Shown: positions 17,424 through 28,033, numbered from the stretch's first letter. The stretch: DNA of 64,000 nt from a virus (IMGVR_UViG_3300044961_000262:19780-83779), one strand, 5' to 3'. Program-made: numbers and translations. Notes: generated by a model from the sequence alone, not told the origin.

Positions 17424-17834
17424 ATGAAAGAAAGAGAAAAATTAGCAGTAGACAAAGAAGGAAATTTAATTCCTACCGGTCAAAAACAAATATCAATTGA
17501 TGACATTAATGAATTACAAGAATGTAATTACGTTCCTTATGGACATGAAACACTATTACAAATGTTATCGACTAAAGAACAGGTAACTCAATCGGGTATT
17601 ATTTTACCTAAAACTGAAAGAGGTGAAATTAAAGCGATTGTAGCTGCAACCAATGAACATTCTGGATTAACTAGAGGTCAAGTAGTTAGATTAGACGGAA
17701 TGATGTTTGGACAAACGGGTGTTTGGATTGATTATATTGAAGGTAAACCTTTTACTCAGGTACCTAATCATTTCATTAAAGGAGTTTATCAAGGAATTAA
17801 TTTAAGTAATTGGAAAAACAATGAACATAACTGA
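17424..17834 (+). CDS. GroES-like co-chaperonin
   Basis: Mobile-loop motif EQVTQSGIILP followed by AIVAA...GQVV. Confidence 0.6.
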   Translation: MKEREKLAVDKEGNLIPTGQKQISIDDINELQECNYVPYGHETLLQMLSTKEQVTQSGIILPKTERGEIKAIVAATNEHSGLTRGQVVRLDGMMFGQTGVWIDYIEGKPFTQVPNHFIKGVYQGINLSNWKNNEHN

Positions 17835-18078
17835 AGAATCTAAAGAGTTTGAAACTCCTCAAGTAGAAAGTATTCAAGAAGCAATTGAAGCTCTTAAACA
17901 AACAGGTAATGTTTTTAAAACAATTAATGTTGGAAATGAAGAAGTTAGATTGTTTCAATCTTATTCAAATCAAAGATTACCTGAAGAATCTTATTATGAA
18001 TATAAAATTAGACAGTATATTATGAAAGAAAGCCTTAAATCTCATAAACGCAATGGGTACTCTGGTAGTAACGTATGA
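17821..18078 (+). CDS. hypothetical protein
   Basis: 85 aa; RLPEESYYEYKIR. Confidence 0.6.
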   Translation: MNITEESKEFETPQVESIQEAIEALKQTGNVFKTINVGNEEVRLFQSYSNQRLPEESYYEYKIRQYIMKESLKSHKRNGYSGSNV

Positions 18079-18207
18079 GTTTAATGAATTAAGTGAGTTA
18101 TTAGTAGGTACAGAGAGATATAAATCTTTGTACCGAACTAATAATTTAACTTTCAATTATCAAATGTTTATTGGTAATAATAAATTTATAAGTATTTTTG
18201 TACTGAA

Positions 18208-18462
18208 ATGAATCAAAGGAATATACTATTTACAACAAACTATGCTGTATATTATGATAGTTGGGTTAAAGTTCCTTCTGAAGGAAGACCTAAAGGTTTT
18301 TTCGATACTTACACAAGAAAAGATTATACAATTAATGTTACTTCTGGCGAATTCTATCTATTATTAGAAATAATAGATTCTAAAAATAAAGTTGTTTTTA
18401 AAGGAACAGTTAGAACGATTCCGGATTACATAAAGTTAAAAAGAAAATTAAAATGGATTTAA
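18208..18462 (+). CDS. hypothetical protein
   Basis: 84-aa ORF overlapping the next gene. Confidence 0.6.
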   Translation: MNQRNILFTTNYAVYYDSWVKVPSEGRPKGFFDTYTRKDYTINVTSGEFYLLLEIIDSKNKVVFKGTVRTIPDYIKLKRKLKWI

Positions 18463-18746
18463 AACAATTAAATAGTGAATTTGTTAAGTTAGCTCGTAAA
18501 CATGAATTAACTGTAAGTCAAATTAAATTAATTTATAATCACCAGTTTAAGCTTATTATGAATAAAATTCATGAAGATTTTGAAAAACCGATTAACGAAA
18601 GAGATTCTATTAAATTGAGAGGATTGGGTACTTTAAAATTTAATCCATATCTTGCGAAACGAATAACAGAAAAAAAAGATAATTATGAACAAAAAATTTT
18701 ATTTAAAGGCTCTTCCGAAAATGGAAACGGAGCTGAATCTAATTAA
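18453..18746 (+). CDS. HU/IHF-like DNA-binding protein
   Basis: Helix-turn-helix followed by SIKLRGLGTLKF (HU-type IxLxGFGTF). Confidence 0.65.
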   Translation: MDLKQLNSEFVKLARKHELTVSQIKLIYNHQFKLIMNKIHEDFEKPINERDSIKLRGLGTLKFNPYLAKRITEKKDNYEQKILFKGSSENGNGAESN

Positions 18747-18921
18747 AACAATGATTGATGTTTTAATTTATGAAAAGAATGTAGCGGAAAATCCTAACAT
18801 TGAAGTAATTAACATTGCTCAAAATACTATGAGAGAAACCGTTTTAAATATTAAAAAGGTTTTGTCTAATCCTAGTAAATATGATAATAGATTAACTCCC
18901 GAAGACGATTTATTATCTTAA
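18685..18921 (+). CDS. hypothetical protein
   Basis: 78-aa ORF. Confidence 0.55.
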   Translation: MNKKFYLKALPKMETELNLIKTMIDVLIYEKNVAENPNIEVINIAQNTMRETVLNIKKVLSNPSKYDNRLTPEDDLLS

Positions 18922-18923
18922 TT

Positions 18924-19694
18924 ATGAAACAAAAAATTAAACGTCTATATTTCGATATAGAAATAAGTCCGAATGTTGTATATTCTTGGAATACAGGATA
19001 CAACATAAAAATTGATCCTGAAAATATAGTAACTGAAAGAGCTATTATATGTATATGTTATAAATGGGAAGATGAAAAAAAAGTACACTACTTAACTTGG
19101 GATAAAGGGAATGATAAAAAGCTATTAAAAGAATTTATAGAAATAATAAATTCAGCGGATGAAGTTGTAGGTCATAATTCCGATAAATTCAATATTAAAT
19201 GGGTAAGAACAAGATGTTTATATCATAGAATTCCGGCAATGCCTAAGTATAAATCTATTGACACATTAAAGCTTTCTAAAAGTCAATTTAAATTTAATTC
19301 TAATAAATTAGATTATATATCTAAATATTTAGGTTTCGGAGGTAAGATTAAAACGTCTTATGATTTATGGAAAAGAATAATGAATAATGATCAGAAAGCT
19401 TTAGATCAAATGGTTAGGTATTGTAAAAAAGATGTTTTAATTTTAGAAGAAGTATATAAATCAATACAGCTATATTCTCCACATAAGACTCATGTAGGAG
19501 TTCATTTCGGAGGATATAAATCGGATTGTCCTAAATGTGGCTCCGAAAAAGTTCATTCTAGAGGTTATTCTACAACAGCTGCCGGTACTATTAGCAGAAG
19601 ATGTAATTGTAAAGATTGTAATACTTGGTTTAGTGTACCCTTAACAACATTCAATAAAGAAAATAGAATTAAAAATAATGTCGCAAAAATATGA
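18924..19694 (+). CDS. DnaQ/RNase H-like 3'-5' exonuclease with C-terminal zinc ribbon
   Basis: ExoI FDIE, ExoII GHNSDKFN (Asp replaced by Asn), ExoIII YCKKDV; CPKC...CKDC. Confidence 0.8.
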   Translation: MKQKIKRLYFDIEISPNVVYSWNTGYNIKIDPENIVTERAIICICYKWEDEKKVHYLTWDKGNDKKLLKEFIEIINSADEVVGHNSDKFNIKWVRTRCLYHRIPAMPKYKSIDTLKLSKSQFKFNSNKLDYISKYLGFGGKIKTSYDLWKRIMNNDQKALDQMVRYCKKDVLILEEVYKSIQLYSPHKTHVGVHFGGYKSDCPKCGSEKVHSRGYSTTAAGTISRRCNCKDCNTWFSVPLTTFNKENRIKNNVAKI

Positions 19695-19975
19695 AATTTA
19701 TTAAATTAGAAGTTCTTTATTCGTCAGTTAATGATGATGAAACGGATTCATATAAAAATGTATTAAAAGAAATAGGTGTAGATTCGGAAGAAGATGCTGT
19801 TTTTAAAACTACATATTTTAATAATGAAAACTTTAAAGAAGAAATATTTTGTATAGCAGCAAGAAAGGATAATCCTGATAATTCAGTTATTGAATTTTTT
19901 GACGGTAAAAGTATAATTGTAAATGAAAAGCTTGAAAATTTAATTTTAAAATTAAATGATACCGAAACAGTTTAA
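19691..19975 (+). CDS. hypothetical protein
   Basis: 94-aa ORF. Confidence 0.65.
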   Translation: MKFIKLEVLYSSVNDDETDSYKNVLKEIGVDSEEDAVFKTTYFNNENFKEEIFCIAARKDNPDNSVIEFFDGKSIIVNEKLENLILKLNDTETV

Positions 19976-20279
19976 AATATTAAACCATACAATTGATGTA
20001 ATATTCGACAATGAATATTGTTATCAGAAAAATGCTTTCGGTATATTTTTAGCAAATGAAAATAAAATAATATTAGCTGATAGCTATAGAACAAAGAAGC
20101 AATGGAGAAAATATAAACCTGAAATTGTAGAACATGTCTTTCATCATGAAATGGTTCACGTAATATTGTATTATATGAATCATTCTCTTTTTGAAAATGA
20201 AGAATTTGTAGATAATTTTGCAGGATTATTAGCTCAAATAGAACAAACGAAAAAATATGAAATTAATGAAAGTAACTGA
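19956..20279 (+). CDS. small zincin-like metallopeptidase
   Basis: HEMVH motif plus downstream EEFVD. Confidence 0.75.
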   Translation: MIPKQFKILNHTIDVIFDNEYCYQKNAFGIFLANENKIILADSYRTKKQWRKYKPEIVEHVFHHEMVHVILYYMNHSLFENEEFVDNFAGLLAQIEQTKKYEINESN

Positions 20280-20856
20280 AGATCTTCAACTTGAAGTTCT
20301 TCCCGAAACAGTTTTAATACCGGAATTTAAAGATATAATTAAAAAAAATAAAACAGTCGATGGAGCTAAAAAAGATTTTGCTTATATTTATCATATGGCT
20401 AATCATGATGGTCCTTATTCAAGTTATCCAATTCAAGAACGACAACAAAGATTAGCTAATGATTTATATTTAGATCACACTTGGGTTCCTGACGAATACA
20501 TTAATAAAGCCATTGAAAAATATAAAGAGTTAAATAATAGTCCTTCAACTAAAGCTTTGACTACTATTATTAATGCCATGTATAAAACTAATAAAATAGT
20601 AGATACGCTTATTAATGAGATAGAACAGAACTTAGCAGATAATAAACATAAAGTTGGTATTAATAACAAAAGAGGTCAAGTTGTTTCAGGTATTGAATTA
20701 ATGCTCAACGACTTAACGGCTTTAATGAAAGCTTCTAAAGAAGTTCCGAATCTTATAGATCAATATGAAAAGTTACAAGATAAATTAATGAAAGAAAAAA
20801 TGGAAGCCGCTTCCAAATTTAGAGGAGGAGCTTCGATAAGTGAATTTGAAAGATAA
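20257..20856 (+). CDS. conserved protein upstream of TerL (putative small terminase)
   Basis: Helical protein ending RGG...ER, translationally coupled to TerL. Confidence 0.5.
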   Translation: MKLMKVTEDLQLEVLPETVLIPEFKDIIKKNKTVDGAKKDFAYIYHMANHDGPYSSYPIQERQQRLANDLYLDHTWVPDEYINKAIEKYKELNNSPSTKALTTIINAMYKTNKIVDTLINEIEQNLADNKHKVGINNKRGQVVSGIELMLNDLTALMKASKEVPNLIDQYEKLQDKLMKEKMEAASKFRGGASISEFER

Positions 20857-22934
20857 TGTTTAATTTAGATATATCACATATAAACGTAAATGAATTTAGA
20901 AGACCAGCTCTCGACTTTTTAGAAAATGAAAAAAAGTACGGAAGAGGAAAAGGATTTTATATTGAAGCACCTAAAGGTTCAATCGAATATAAAAACTATT
21001 GGCAATTACAAGAACATTACTGCCGTAATGGATTTTCTGTAGGAGGAATTAAAATTACAGGAGAACATTATTTCTATCTTAACTTTTGTCAAATATCTCT
21101 AAAGTTATCCGCAAAAGCAGATTCAGTTGAAGAATTAGTTGGTAAAAAGAAAAAAGTATTAACGTCAGTTACTTTTCCTGATTTCTGGGATAGTGACTGG
21201 TATTACTTCAATGAATGTAAAAGAGCTGAAGAACTAGGTCTTCATATGATCGTTTTAAAACCTAGACGTAGAGGTTATTCTTATAAAAATGCAGCTAAAT
21301 GCGCATGGACATATACATTTAGTAAAACAATGTCCAACTCTTTAATATTAGCTGAAGATAAAAAATATTCTGAAGAAACTATGAGAATGGCTGTAAGTTA
21401 TTTAGATTTTTTAATTAAATATACAGCTTTTGGTAGACAAAGACAGCATATTAATAAACCTAGAGAAATGGTTCAAGCTTCTTATGAAGAAATAACTGCT
21501 GACGGAAGAAAGATACCGGGAGGATCAATGTCAAGAATAATGCAATATTCTACTTTAAATAATCCAGATGTTGTTCGTGGTAAAGATGCTAGAGTAATTT
21601 TATTTGAAGAAGCCGGTTCAATGTCGAACTTAAAAGCTACCTATACTGTAACGAGACCAACTGTTGAAAGCGGTACTTCGGTTTCAGGACAAATATTTGT
21701 TTATGGAACCGGTGGTGACTTTAGTGGAGGTATGGTAGATTTTGAAGAAATGTTTTATGATCCAAATAGTTACGGGTTTTTAGCTTATGATAATATGTAT
21801 GATGAAGGAAGTACTCAACAAATAGGATACTTTCTTCCAGATTCGTATTCAAAAGAAGGATATATTTCAAGTCAAGGTAAATCTTGGCATAAAGAAGCTG
21901 AAGTTGCAATATTAGCTGAAAGAGAGCGTCTTAGAAGAACTACTAAAGATATAAATTTAGTAGATAAAATGATTTGCGAAAATCCTCTTAAACCTTCTGA
22001 AGCAATGTTAAAAATGGGTACTAACATTTACCCTAAAGCTGAAATTAATAGACAAATATCCCGCATTAAATCTGACGGAATGATTCGTAATCTAGGTATT
22101 ACTGGTTATTTTGAAACAAATGAAATGGGAGAAGTTAAGTTTAATCCATCTACTGATGTTAAACCTATACTTAACTTTCCATATAAACAAGATACTGATG
22201 GAGAAGGCTGTGTAATAATTTATCAGCATCCATTTAAAATGGGAAATATTATTCCAAATGAACTTTACTACATCTGTACAGACCCTTACGCAATGGATAA
22301 AGATAAATCTAAAGAATTAACTAAAAGAGATTCATTAGGAGCAGCTTATGTAATAAAGAGAATTAATAATTTTTCTAAACCTTTCGATATAATTGTAGCC
22401 GAATATGTGGCTAGACCTAAATTTCAAGATGATTTTAATAGAACTCTTTTTCAATTAGCTGAATACTATAATGCTAAAATTGTATTTGAAAATGATAGAG
22501 ACGGTAATATAATATCTTATGCTAGAACTCATAAATTACTTAATCGTCTTGAAGAAGAGTTAACAGTTTACGATTCTAATGACCAACCTAGAAGAAAGTT
22601 AGGTAGAAGTTATGGAGTTTCAATGTCTAATATTGAAGTTAAAAAACAAGCAGTTCAGTATTTTAGAGATTGGTTATTAGCTCCTAGAGAAAAAAATGCT
22701 GAGGGAATTCAAGAACTTAATTTACATAAAATTTATTCCGTACCGTTACTTGAAGAAATTCTTAAATTTAGTTATGACGGTAACTTTGATAGACATTCGG
22801 CTATGTTAGTTGCAATGTTATATAAAAAAGAATTGTTAATGAAACCTGAAGTTAAAAAAACGGAAGAATCTCCGTTTAAAAGTGAGTTTTTTCAAAACTT
22901 AGATAACTCTCTTGGAATTAGGCAAAACATATGA
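20856..22934 (+). CDS. terL: terminase large subunit
   Basis: crAss-type ITGEHYFYLNF, Walker A KPRRRGYSY, Walker B LFEEAG, GTGG, nuclease DPY and GNFDR. Confidence 0.95.
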   Translation: MFNLDISHINVNEFRRPALDFLENEKKYGRGKGFYIEAPKGSIEYKNYWQLQEHYCRNGFSVGGIKITGEHYFYLNFCQISLKLSAKADSVEELVGKKKKVLTSVTFPDFWDSDWYYFNECKRAEELGLHMIVLKPRRRGYSYKNAAKCAWTYTFSKTMSNSLILAEDKKYSEETMRMAVSYLDFLIKYTAFGRQRQHINKPREMVQASYEEITADGRKIPGGSMSRIMQYSTLNNPDVVRGKDARVILFEEAGSMSNLKATYTVTRPTVESGTSVSGQIFVYGTGGDFSGGMVDFEEMFYDPNSYGFLAYDNMYDEGSTQQIGYFLPDSYSKEGYISSQGKSWHKEAEVAILAERERLRRTTKDINLVDKMICENPLKPSEAMLKMGTNIYPKAEINRQISRIKSDGMIRNLGITGYFETNEMGEVKFNPSTDVKPILNFPYKQDTDGEGCVIIYQHPFKMGNIIPNELYYICTDPYAMDKDKSKELTKRDSLGAAYVIKRINNFSKPFDIIVAEYVARPKFQDDFNRTLFQLAEYYNAKIVFENDRDGNIISYARTHKLLNRLEEELTVYDSNDQPRRKLGRSYGVSMSNIEVKKQAVQYFRDWLLAPREKNAEGIQELNLHKIYSVPLLEEILKFSYDGNFDRHSAMLVAMLYKKELLMKPEVKKTEESPFKSEFFQNLDNSLGIRQNI

Positions 22935-22942
22935 TAAATTTG
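22935..22942 (+). promoter_or_regulatory. TAnnTTTG -7 element
   Basis: TAAATTTG 14 nt before the portal ATG. Confidence 0.5.
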
Positions 22943-22955
22943 TAATAAAAAAACA

Positions 22956-25280
22956 ATGTCTGAAGATATAAAAGTTTCCGGTAATTTACTTCCTGTACAA
23001 ACAGTAAGTTATGATGAAAAGATTAAAGACAATTTTGCGTGGGCAAAACAAACTATGCAATCTTTAATTGGACGTTCATATTTTGCTACAACTCAACATA
23101 AATTAGCTATAAAAAAATTATATGACTACTATAATGGTCATGTTGACATTAAAGATTATAAAATGATCACCGAACCTTTCGGTATTAAAATGGAAGGAGA
23201 TTGGTCAGATGTAGTTAACTATCCTATCATTAAACCTAAAATAGATTTACTTAGAGGTGAATTTGCTAAAAGACCGAATCAGTTTGAGGTATATATAACT
23301 AATTCTGATGTAGTTAATCAACAGTTACAAGCTAAAAATCAAATGATTTTACAATCACTTGAGCAGATTTTTGTTAATACTTTAAACGAGCAAGGTTTAA
23401 ATACAGGAGTTCCTACAGAGCAACCTCCGCTTCCGGAAGAAATAGAAAAGGAATTCGCTTCTAGTTATCGAGATAAAAGAGCAATTAATGGTCAAAATCT
23501 TTTAGAATATATTCGCCAATATAATAAAATAGATGAAAAATGGAGATTAGCTTGGTTTCATTGGTTAATTGCAGGAGAAGTTTATACTTGTCATGGAATC
23601 GAAAACAATGAACCTTATGAAGAAATAGTTAATCCTTTAGATATTGATTATGATAAAGATCCGGATATAGAATTTATTGAAGATGCTGAATGGGTAGTTA
23701 GACGTAAGTTTATGAATCCATCAAGTATTGTTGAGTTTTTTTATGAAGATTTAGGAAAAACAGATGAAGAAATTAAAGATGCAATTCAGAAAATAGAAAA
23801 TATGGCGACAAATACTACAATGTTTTCGTCAACAACTCCTCATATATCGGATCGTACAGGACCTCAACAAGTATATAATAGATTAGTTGAAGTAAAACAT
23901 GTAGTTTGGATAAGTAAAAAAAGAACTGGAATTTGCACATTTACTGACGAATATGGTCAAATTCAATCAATGGAAGTTGATGAAAATTTTAAACCGTTAA
24001 CTGAAATAGGTCAGGAAGTAGAATGGTTTTGGGTAAATGAAATATGGGAAGGATATTTAATTGGAGTGGATATGTATTTAAAAATACGTCCTGTTCCTGT
24101 ACAAAGAACCGCTTTAGATAATATATCTAAATGTAAACTTCCGTATAATGGTAGAATTTTACAAGCAATTAATTCTCAAAACATATCTTTAGTAATGTTA
24201 GGAGTACCTTATCAGATACTTTATAACGCTACTTTTCATCGTCTTAAATTAGCTATGGCTAAAATGAAAGATGATATGATACAACTTGATATTAATCTTA
24301 AACCTAAAGACATGTCTCTCGAGAAGTGGTTACTTTATGGAGATATGACTTCCATTTTATTTGTCGATTATACTAAAGACGGATATAGGGGTTCTTCAAC
24401 TCACCAGTCAGTTCTTAAAATGGCATCTACAACTGTAGCAAGCTATATTGAACTTTTAAGATTTATTAAACAAGAATGGGAAGAAGTTTGCGGAATATCT
24501 AGGCAGCGTGAAGGACAAATAGCAAATTCAGAAACAGTAGGAGGAGTTGAAAGAGCGGTAGTTCAATCATCTTTAATTACTGAAATTTATTTCGATTTAT
24601 TCGATCAATTTAAAGAACGTGAACTTCAAGCTTTATTAGATTATTCTAAATTTGCTTGGGCTGATGGTAAAAAAACATCGTTTATATTACCTGATTCCGG
24701 TAAAATTGTATATTTAGATGTGGATCCAATTGAACATACTGAAGCTGAATATGGAATTTTTGTAGCAATGTCAGGTAAACAATTAGAAAAACGTAAACAG
24801 CTTGAAGCTCAATTACAAAACTTTATTCAAAATAATAGTAAACCATCTACTATAATTGACATTATAGATTCGGATAACTTCGCTGATATTAAAGCTAAAG
24901 TACTTTATGCTGAACAAAAAGCTGATGAATATAATCAACAAATAGAGCAGATGAAAGGTGAACAGCAAAAACAAATTTTAGCGATGCAAGATGAAATGGC
25001 TCAAAAACAACATCAATATAAACTTGAAGAAATAGATAGAAAAGGTGAATGGGATTTACGTAAAGCTGAAATAGTAGCTTATGGTTTCGATGAAGGTGAT
25101 GATAATGATTTGATTAAAAATGCTACGAATGAAGCTCTTAAACGTGAAGAACTTAACATTAAACGTCAAGAACTTAGTCAGAAAGAAATAGATTCTCAAC
25201 GTAAAGCGAATACTGAAAAATATAAAATCGATAAACAAGTTGAAATAGCAAAAACTAACAAAAATAAACATGATAAATAG
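22956..25280 (+). CDS. portal protein
   Basis: Follows TerL; YPIIKPKIDLLRGE, KLPYNG, GISRQREG; coiled-coil barrel at the C-terminus. Confidence 0.9.
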   Translation: MSEDIKVSGNLLPVQTVSYDEKIKDNFAWAKQTMQSLIGRSYFATTQHKLAIKKLYDYYNGHVDIKDYKMITEPFGIKMEGDWSDVVNYPIIKPKIDLLRGEFAKRPNQFEVYITNSDVVNQQLQAKNQMILQSLEQIFVNTLNEQGLNTGVPTEQPPLPEEIEKEFASSYRDKRAINGQNLLEYIRQYNKIDEKWRLAWFHWLIAGEVYTCHGIENNEPYEEIVNPLDIDYDKDPDIEFIEDAEWVVRRKFMNPSSIVEFFYEDLGKTDEEIKDAIQKIENMATNTTMFSSTTPHISDRTGPQQVYNRLVEVKHVVWISKKRTGICTFTDEYGQIQSMEVDENFKPLTEIGQEVEWFWVNEIWEGYLIGVDMYLKIRPVPVQRTALDNISKCKLPYNGRILQAINSQNISLVMLGVPYQILYNATFHRLKLAMAKMKDDMIQLDINLKPKDMSLEKWLLYGDMTSILFVDYTKDGYRGSSTHQSVLKMASTTVASYIELLRFIKQEWEEVCGISRQREGQIANSETVGGVERAVVQSSLITEIYFDLFDQFKERELQALLDYSKFAWADGKKTSFILPDSGKIVYLDVDPIEHTEAEYGIFVAMSGKQLEKRKQLEAQLQNFIQNNSKPSTIIDIIDSDNFADIKAKVLYAEQKADEYNQQIEQMKGEQQKQILAMQDEMAQKQHQYKLEEIDRKGEWDLRKAEIVAYGFDEGDDNDLIKNATNEALKREELNIKRQELSQKEIDSQRKANTEKYKIDKQVEIAKTNKNKHDK

Positions 25281-25363
25281 TGTATAATATAATAAGGAGA
25301 GATTAAAAAACTTTTCATAACTAATTGACAAATAAATAAACATATATTAATTTTACAACAGAA

Positions 25364-26464
25364 ATGGCAGAAGAACTAGAATTTGATGATTTCGGTCTGG
25401 AAGACCCAATCTCAACAGATGAAAATTTAGAAACCGATAATGGATCGGCAACTAATGACACTACAGCTGATTCTCAAACAGACCCTGAGAATCAACCTGA
25501 ACCTAAAAAGAAGGGTCGACCTAAAAAAGATGTACAAAACAAGGGAGTTTCAACTAACGATGGAGCAGAAGAAACGTCTGGAAAAGACGATTTTACTGAT
25601 CCAAAAAAGAAAGAAATTAATGAAGAACTCTCGGAAGAAAGTATCATCAAATCAATGGCTCAAAAATTGGGTATTGAACTTGAAGATGAAATTGAAGATA
25701 GTGAAGAAGGTCTTGAGCAATTTGTTCAGTTAGCAGCAGATAATATTGCTGATGCTAAACTTAACGAATGGTTACAAAGTCTTCCTCCTGTGGCTTCAGA
25801 TTTTTTTGATTATCTTCAGTTACTTGGAGAAGATGCAAATGAAGATAACATAAAACAGTTCTTTTCAACAGTTAAACCCGAAATAGATTATAAATCTATT
25901 GACATTAACAACGAGGACGTTCAAAAATCTGTAATGAGAAGTTTCTTTAAAAAAATGGATTATACCGATGAAGAAATTAAAGAAGCTATCGAAGATATGG
26001 AAATAAGTAACACTCTCAGAAAACAAGCTGAAATTGCTTCTAAAAAATTAGCGGCAATGCAGGAAAAAGAAAGAGCTAAACTTATTGAACAAGAAAAAGA
26101 ACAAGAAAATTTACGCAGACAAAATACTCAAAGGTTTTTTAGTAACGTAAAACAGATTTTGGATCAAGGAAAAGTAAATAACTTTACTATACCTGTAACA
26201 GAACGTAAAGCAATTTTTGATTACGATACTAAAGGTCAATTTATGGAAGACCTTAATGCTGCTTTGAAAGATCCAGCTAAACGTGTTGAATTAGCGATTG
26301 CTTTAAAAAATAAATTTAATCTCAGTAAATATGTAGCTGTAGCGGCAACAACTGCAAAAGCTAATACTTTAAAAGAGAAACTGTTAGCATCACAAGGTAA
26401 AACTAAAAATGGTGCAAACACTTCTCAAAGTATTAACAGCGATATTGATTGGGATACATTATAA
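25364..26464 (+). CDS. acidic scaffold-like protein
   Basis: Acidic disordered N-terminus and coiled coil; lies between portal and capsid genes. Confidence 0.7.
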   Translation: MAEELEFDDFGLEDPISTDENLETDNGSATNDTTADSQTDPENQPEPKKKGRPKKDVQNKGVSTNDGAEETSGKDDFTDPKKKEINEELSEESIIKSMAQKLGIELEDEIEDSEEGLEQFVQLAADNIADAKLNEWLQSLPPVASDFFDYLQLLGEDANEDNIKQFFSTVKPEIDYKSIDINNEDVQKSVMRSFFKKMDYTDEEIKEAIEDMEISNTLRKQAEIASKKLAAMQEKERAKLIEQEKEQENLRRQNTQRFFSNVKQILDQGKVNNFTIPVTERKAIFDYDTKGQFMEDLNAALKDPAKRVELAIALKNKFNLSKYVAVAATTAKANTLKEKLLASQGKTKNGANTSQSINSDIDWDTL

Positions 26465-26494
26465 GTAAATTTCTAAAAAACCAATAAAATAAAA

Positions 26495-27925
26495 ATGGCA
26501 AGAATTATCACAAGTCAAACTTGGAATGAGGAAATGAAGACTAATGATGCTAATCTTAGCAACATGCTTCTTTTACAACCAGAGAAAATATCTCCGGTCC
26601 TCACCTATTTAATGGGTAGCGAAGACTCACGTTTTCCGCTACATTATTTATCAGAAGGTATGCGTTCAACCGAAGAAATCGTAGGTGACGAATACGAATA
26701 CGACATTATGGGTCGTCTATTTAAAGCTGTTCCTCTTGCTGAAGCAGTTAACATTACTGAAGCAGGTAAAGGATATAGCGAATTTATTATGAAGTTTAAT
26801 GAAGGTATTTTCCCTGAAAAGTACACTATCATTTCTCCTCGTCAATACCAATTGACAATTGTTAGTCGTAAGAGCATTAGCGGTCAATGGCATTACAAGG
26901 TAAGATTAGCTTCACCTAAATCCGCTAATGAATCAATTCCCGCAAGTGAATTACAAGCTGGTAGTTTGTATACACTAGGATGGTACGCAGCTTCAAGCTT
27001 TGGATCACGTGGTTCTGAATCAACTTCAACTGCTCCATTTAAAGTACGTGGACACGTTTCAACTATTCGTAAATCTTACAAATGGGAAGGTAACGTAAAA
27101 CATCGTAAAGCAATGGGTATTGAACTTGGAACTAAAGGTGGAGGTTCGAAACAATTATGGTGGTCATTTGAAGAATGGCAACATAACCTAAGTTTCCGTA
27201 GAGAATGCGAAACTAACTTCTGGTATTCAAAATCTAACGTTGACGCTAATGGTCAAACTCACGAATTTGATGAAGAAGGAAATCCAATTTATCGTGGTTC
27301 AGGATTGCTAGAACAAGTTATTAATAAAGATACTTACTCTGAATTAACAGCTGAAAAACTTAAACAAGTTGTTCGTGATGCTTTCTTTGGAATGAGCGAT
27401 GCCCAAAACAAATCAATTACTTTATTTACCGGTACAGGTGGACGTGATATGTTCGATACCGCAATGAAGAATGAATTGTTAGGTGCTGGTTATATTAAAC
27501 TTTCTGATAACAAATTTGTTACAGGCGGTGGATATAGCCTTAAATTAGGTGGATACTTCGATACTTACCAACATGTTGACGGTTACACAATTAATATTGT
27601 AACTAATCGTCTTTATGATGATGGTCCTGCTGCTAAAGGTTTATTTCATCCTAAAACCACTTTACCTCTCGAATCATATCGTATGACTTTTGTTGACACT
27701 TCAGTTTATGACGGTCAATCTAATTTAACGATGATTACTAAAAAAGGACGTTCTATGGTACGTGCTATGGTAAAAGGTATCAATGAAGTAAGTCAGAATC
27801 TTCAAGGTAACGATTTAGTTGCTACCGATAAAGATGCTAGTTCACTTCACATGTTAAAAACCGGACAAGTTGTACTTCGTAGGTTCAATACTTCTATTGA
27901 CCTTCAATGTGTCGCTGGTTTGTAG
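26495..27925 (+). CDS. major capsid protein
   Basis: 476 aa; crAss-type position and motifs (GSGLLEQ, LFTGTGG, HPxTxLPLESYRM); followed by a terminator. Confidence 0.9.
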   Translation: MARIITSQTWNEEMKTNDANLSNMLLLQPEKISPVLTYLMGSEDSRFPLHYLSEGMRSTEEIVGDEYEYDIMGRLFKAVPLAEAVNITEAGKGYSEFIMKFNEGIFPEKYTIISPRQYQLTIVSRKSISGQWHYKVRLASPKSANESIPASELQAGSLYTLGWYAASSFGSRGSESTSTAPFKVRGHVSTIRKSYKWEGNVKHRKAMGIELGTKGGGSKQLWWSFEEWQHNLSFRRECETNFWYSKSNVDANGQTHEFDEEGNPIYRGSGLLEQVINKDTYSELTAEKLKQVVRDAFFGMSDAQNKSITLFTGTGGRDMFDTAMKNELLGAGYIKLSDNKFVTGGGYSLKLGGYFDTYQHVDGYTINIVTNRLYDDGPAAKGLFHPKTTLPLESYRMTFVDTSVYDGQSNLTMITKKGRSMVRAMVKGINEVSQNLQGNDLVATDKDASSLHMLKTGQVVLRRFNTSIDLQCVAGL

Positions 27926-27931
27926 AAATAT

Positions 27932-27954
27932 AAGGGAGGGTAAAACCTCCCTTT
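27932..27954 (+). terminator. hairpin/terminator after the capsid gene
   Basis: AAGGGAGG-GTAAAA-CCTCCCTT-T. Confidence 0.65.
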
Positions 27955-27959
27955 AATAT

Positions 27960-28033
27960 CGGGTTGTAGTGTTAATGGCAGCACAATAATTACGAGAATT
28001 ATTAGATGGGGTTCGATTCCCTGCCCCCGACCA
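27960..28033 (+). tRNA. degenerate tRNA-like gene (nominal anticodon CGA)
   Basis: TAGTGT-TAATGGCA-GCAC D arm, AATAAT/ATTATT anticodon stem, GGTTCGATTCC T arm, encoded ACCA. Mismatched acceptor stem, A instead of U33, no long variable arm. Confidence 0.6.

Noticed and set aside
20856-27925. Introns or inteins in terL, portal or capsid genes
   Set aside because: ORFs are continuous and of normal length, with no intein or homing endonuclease motifs seen.
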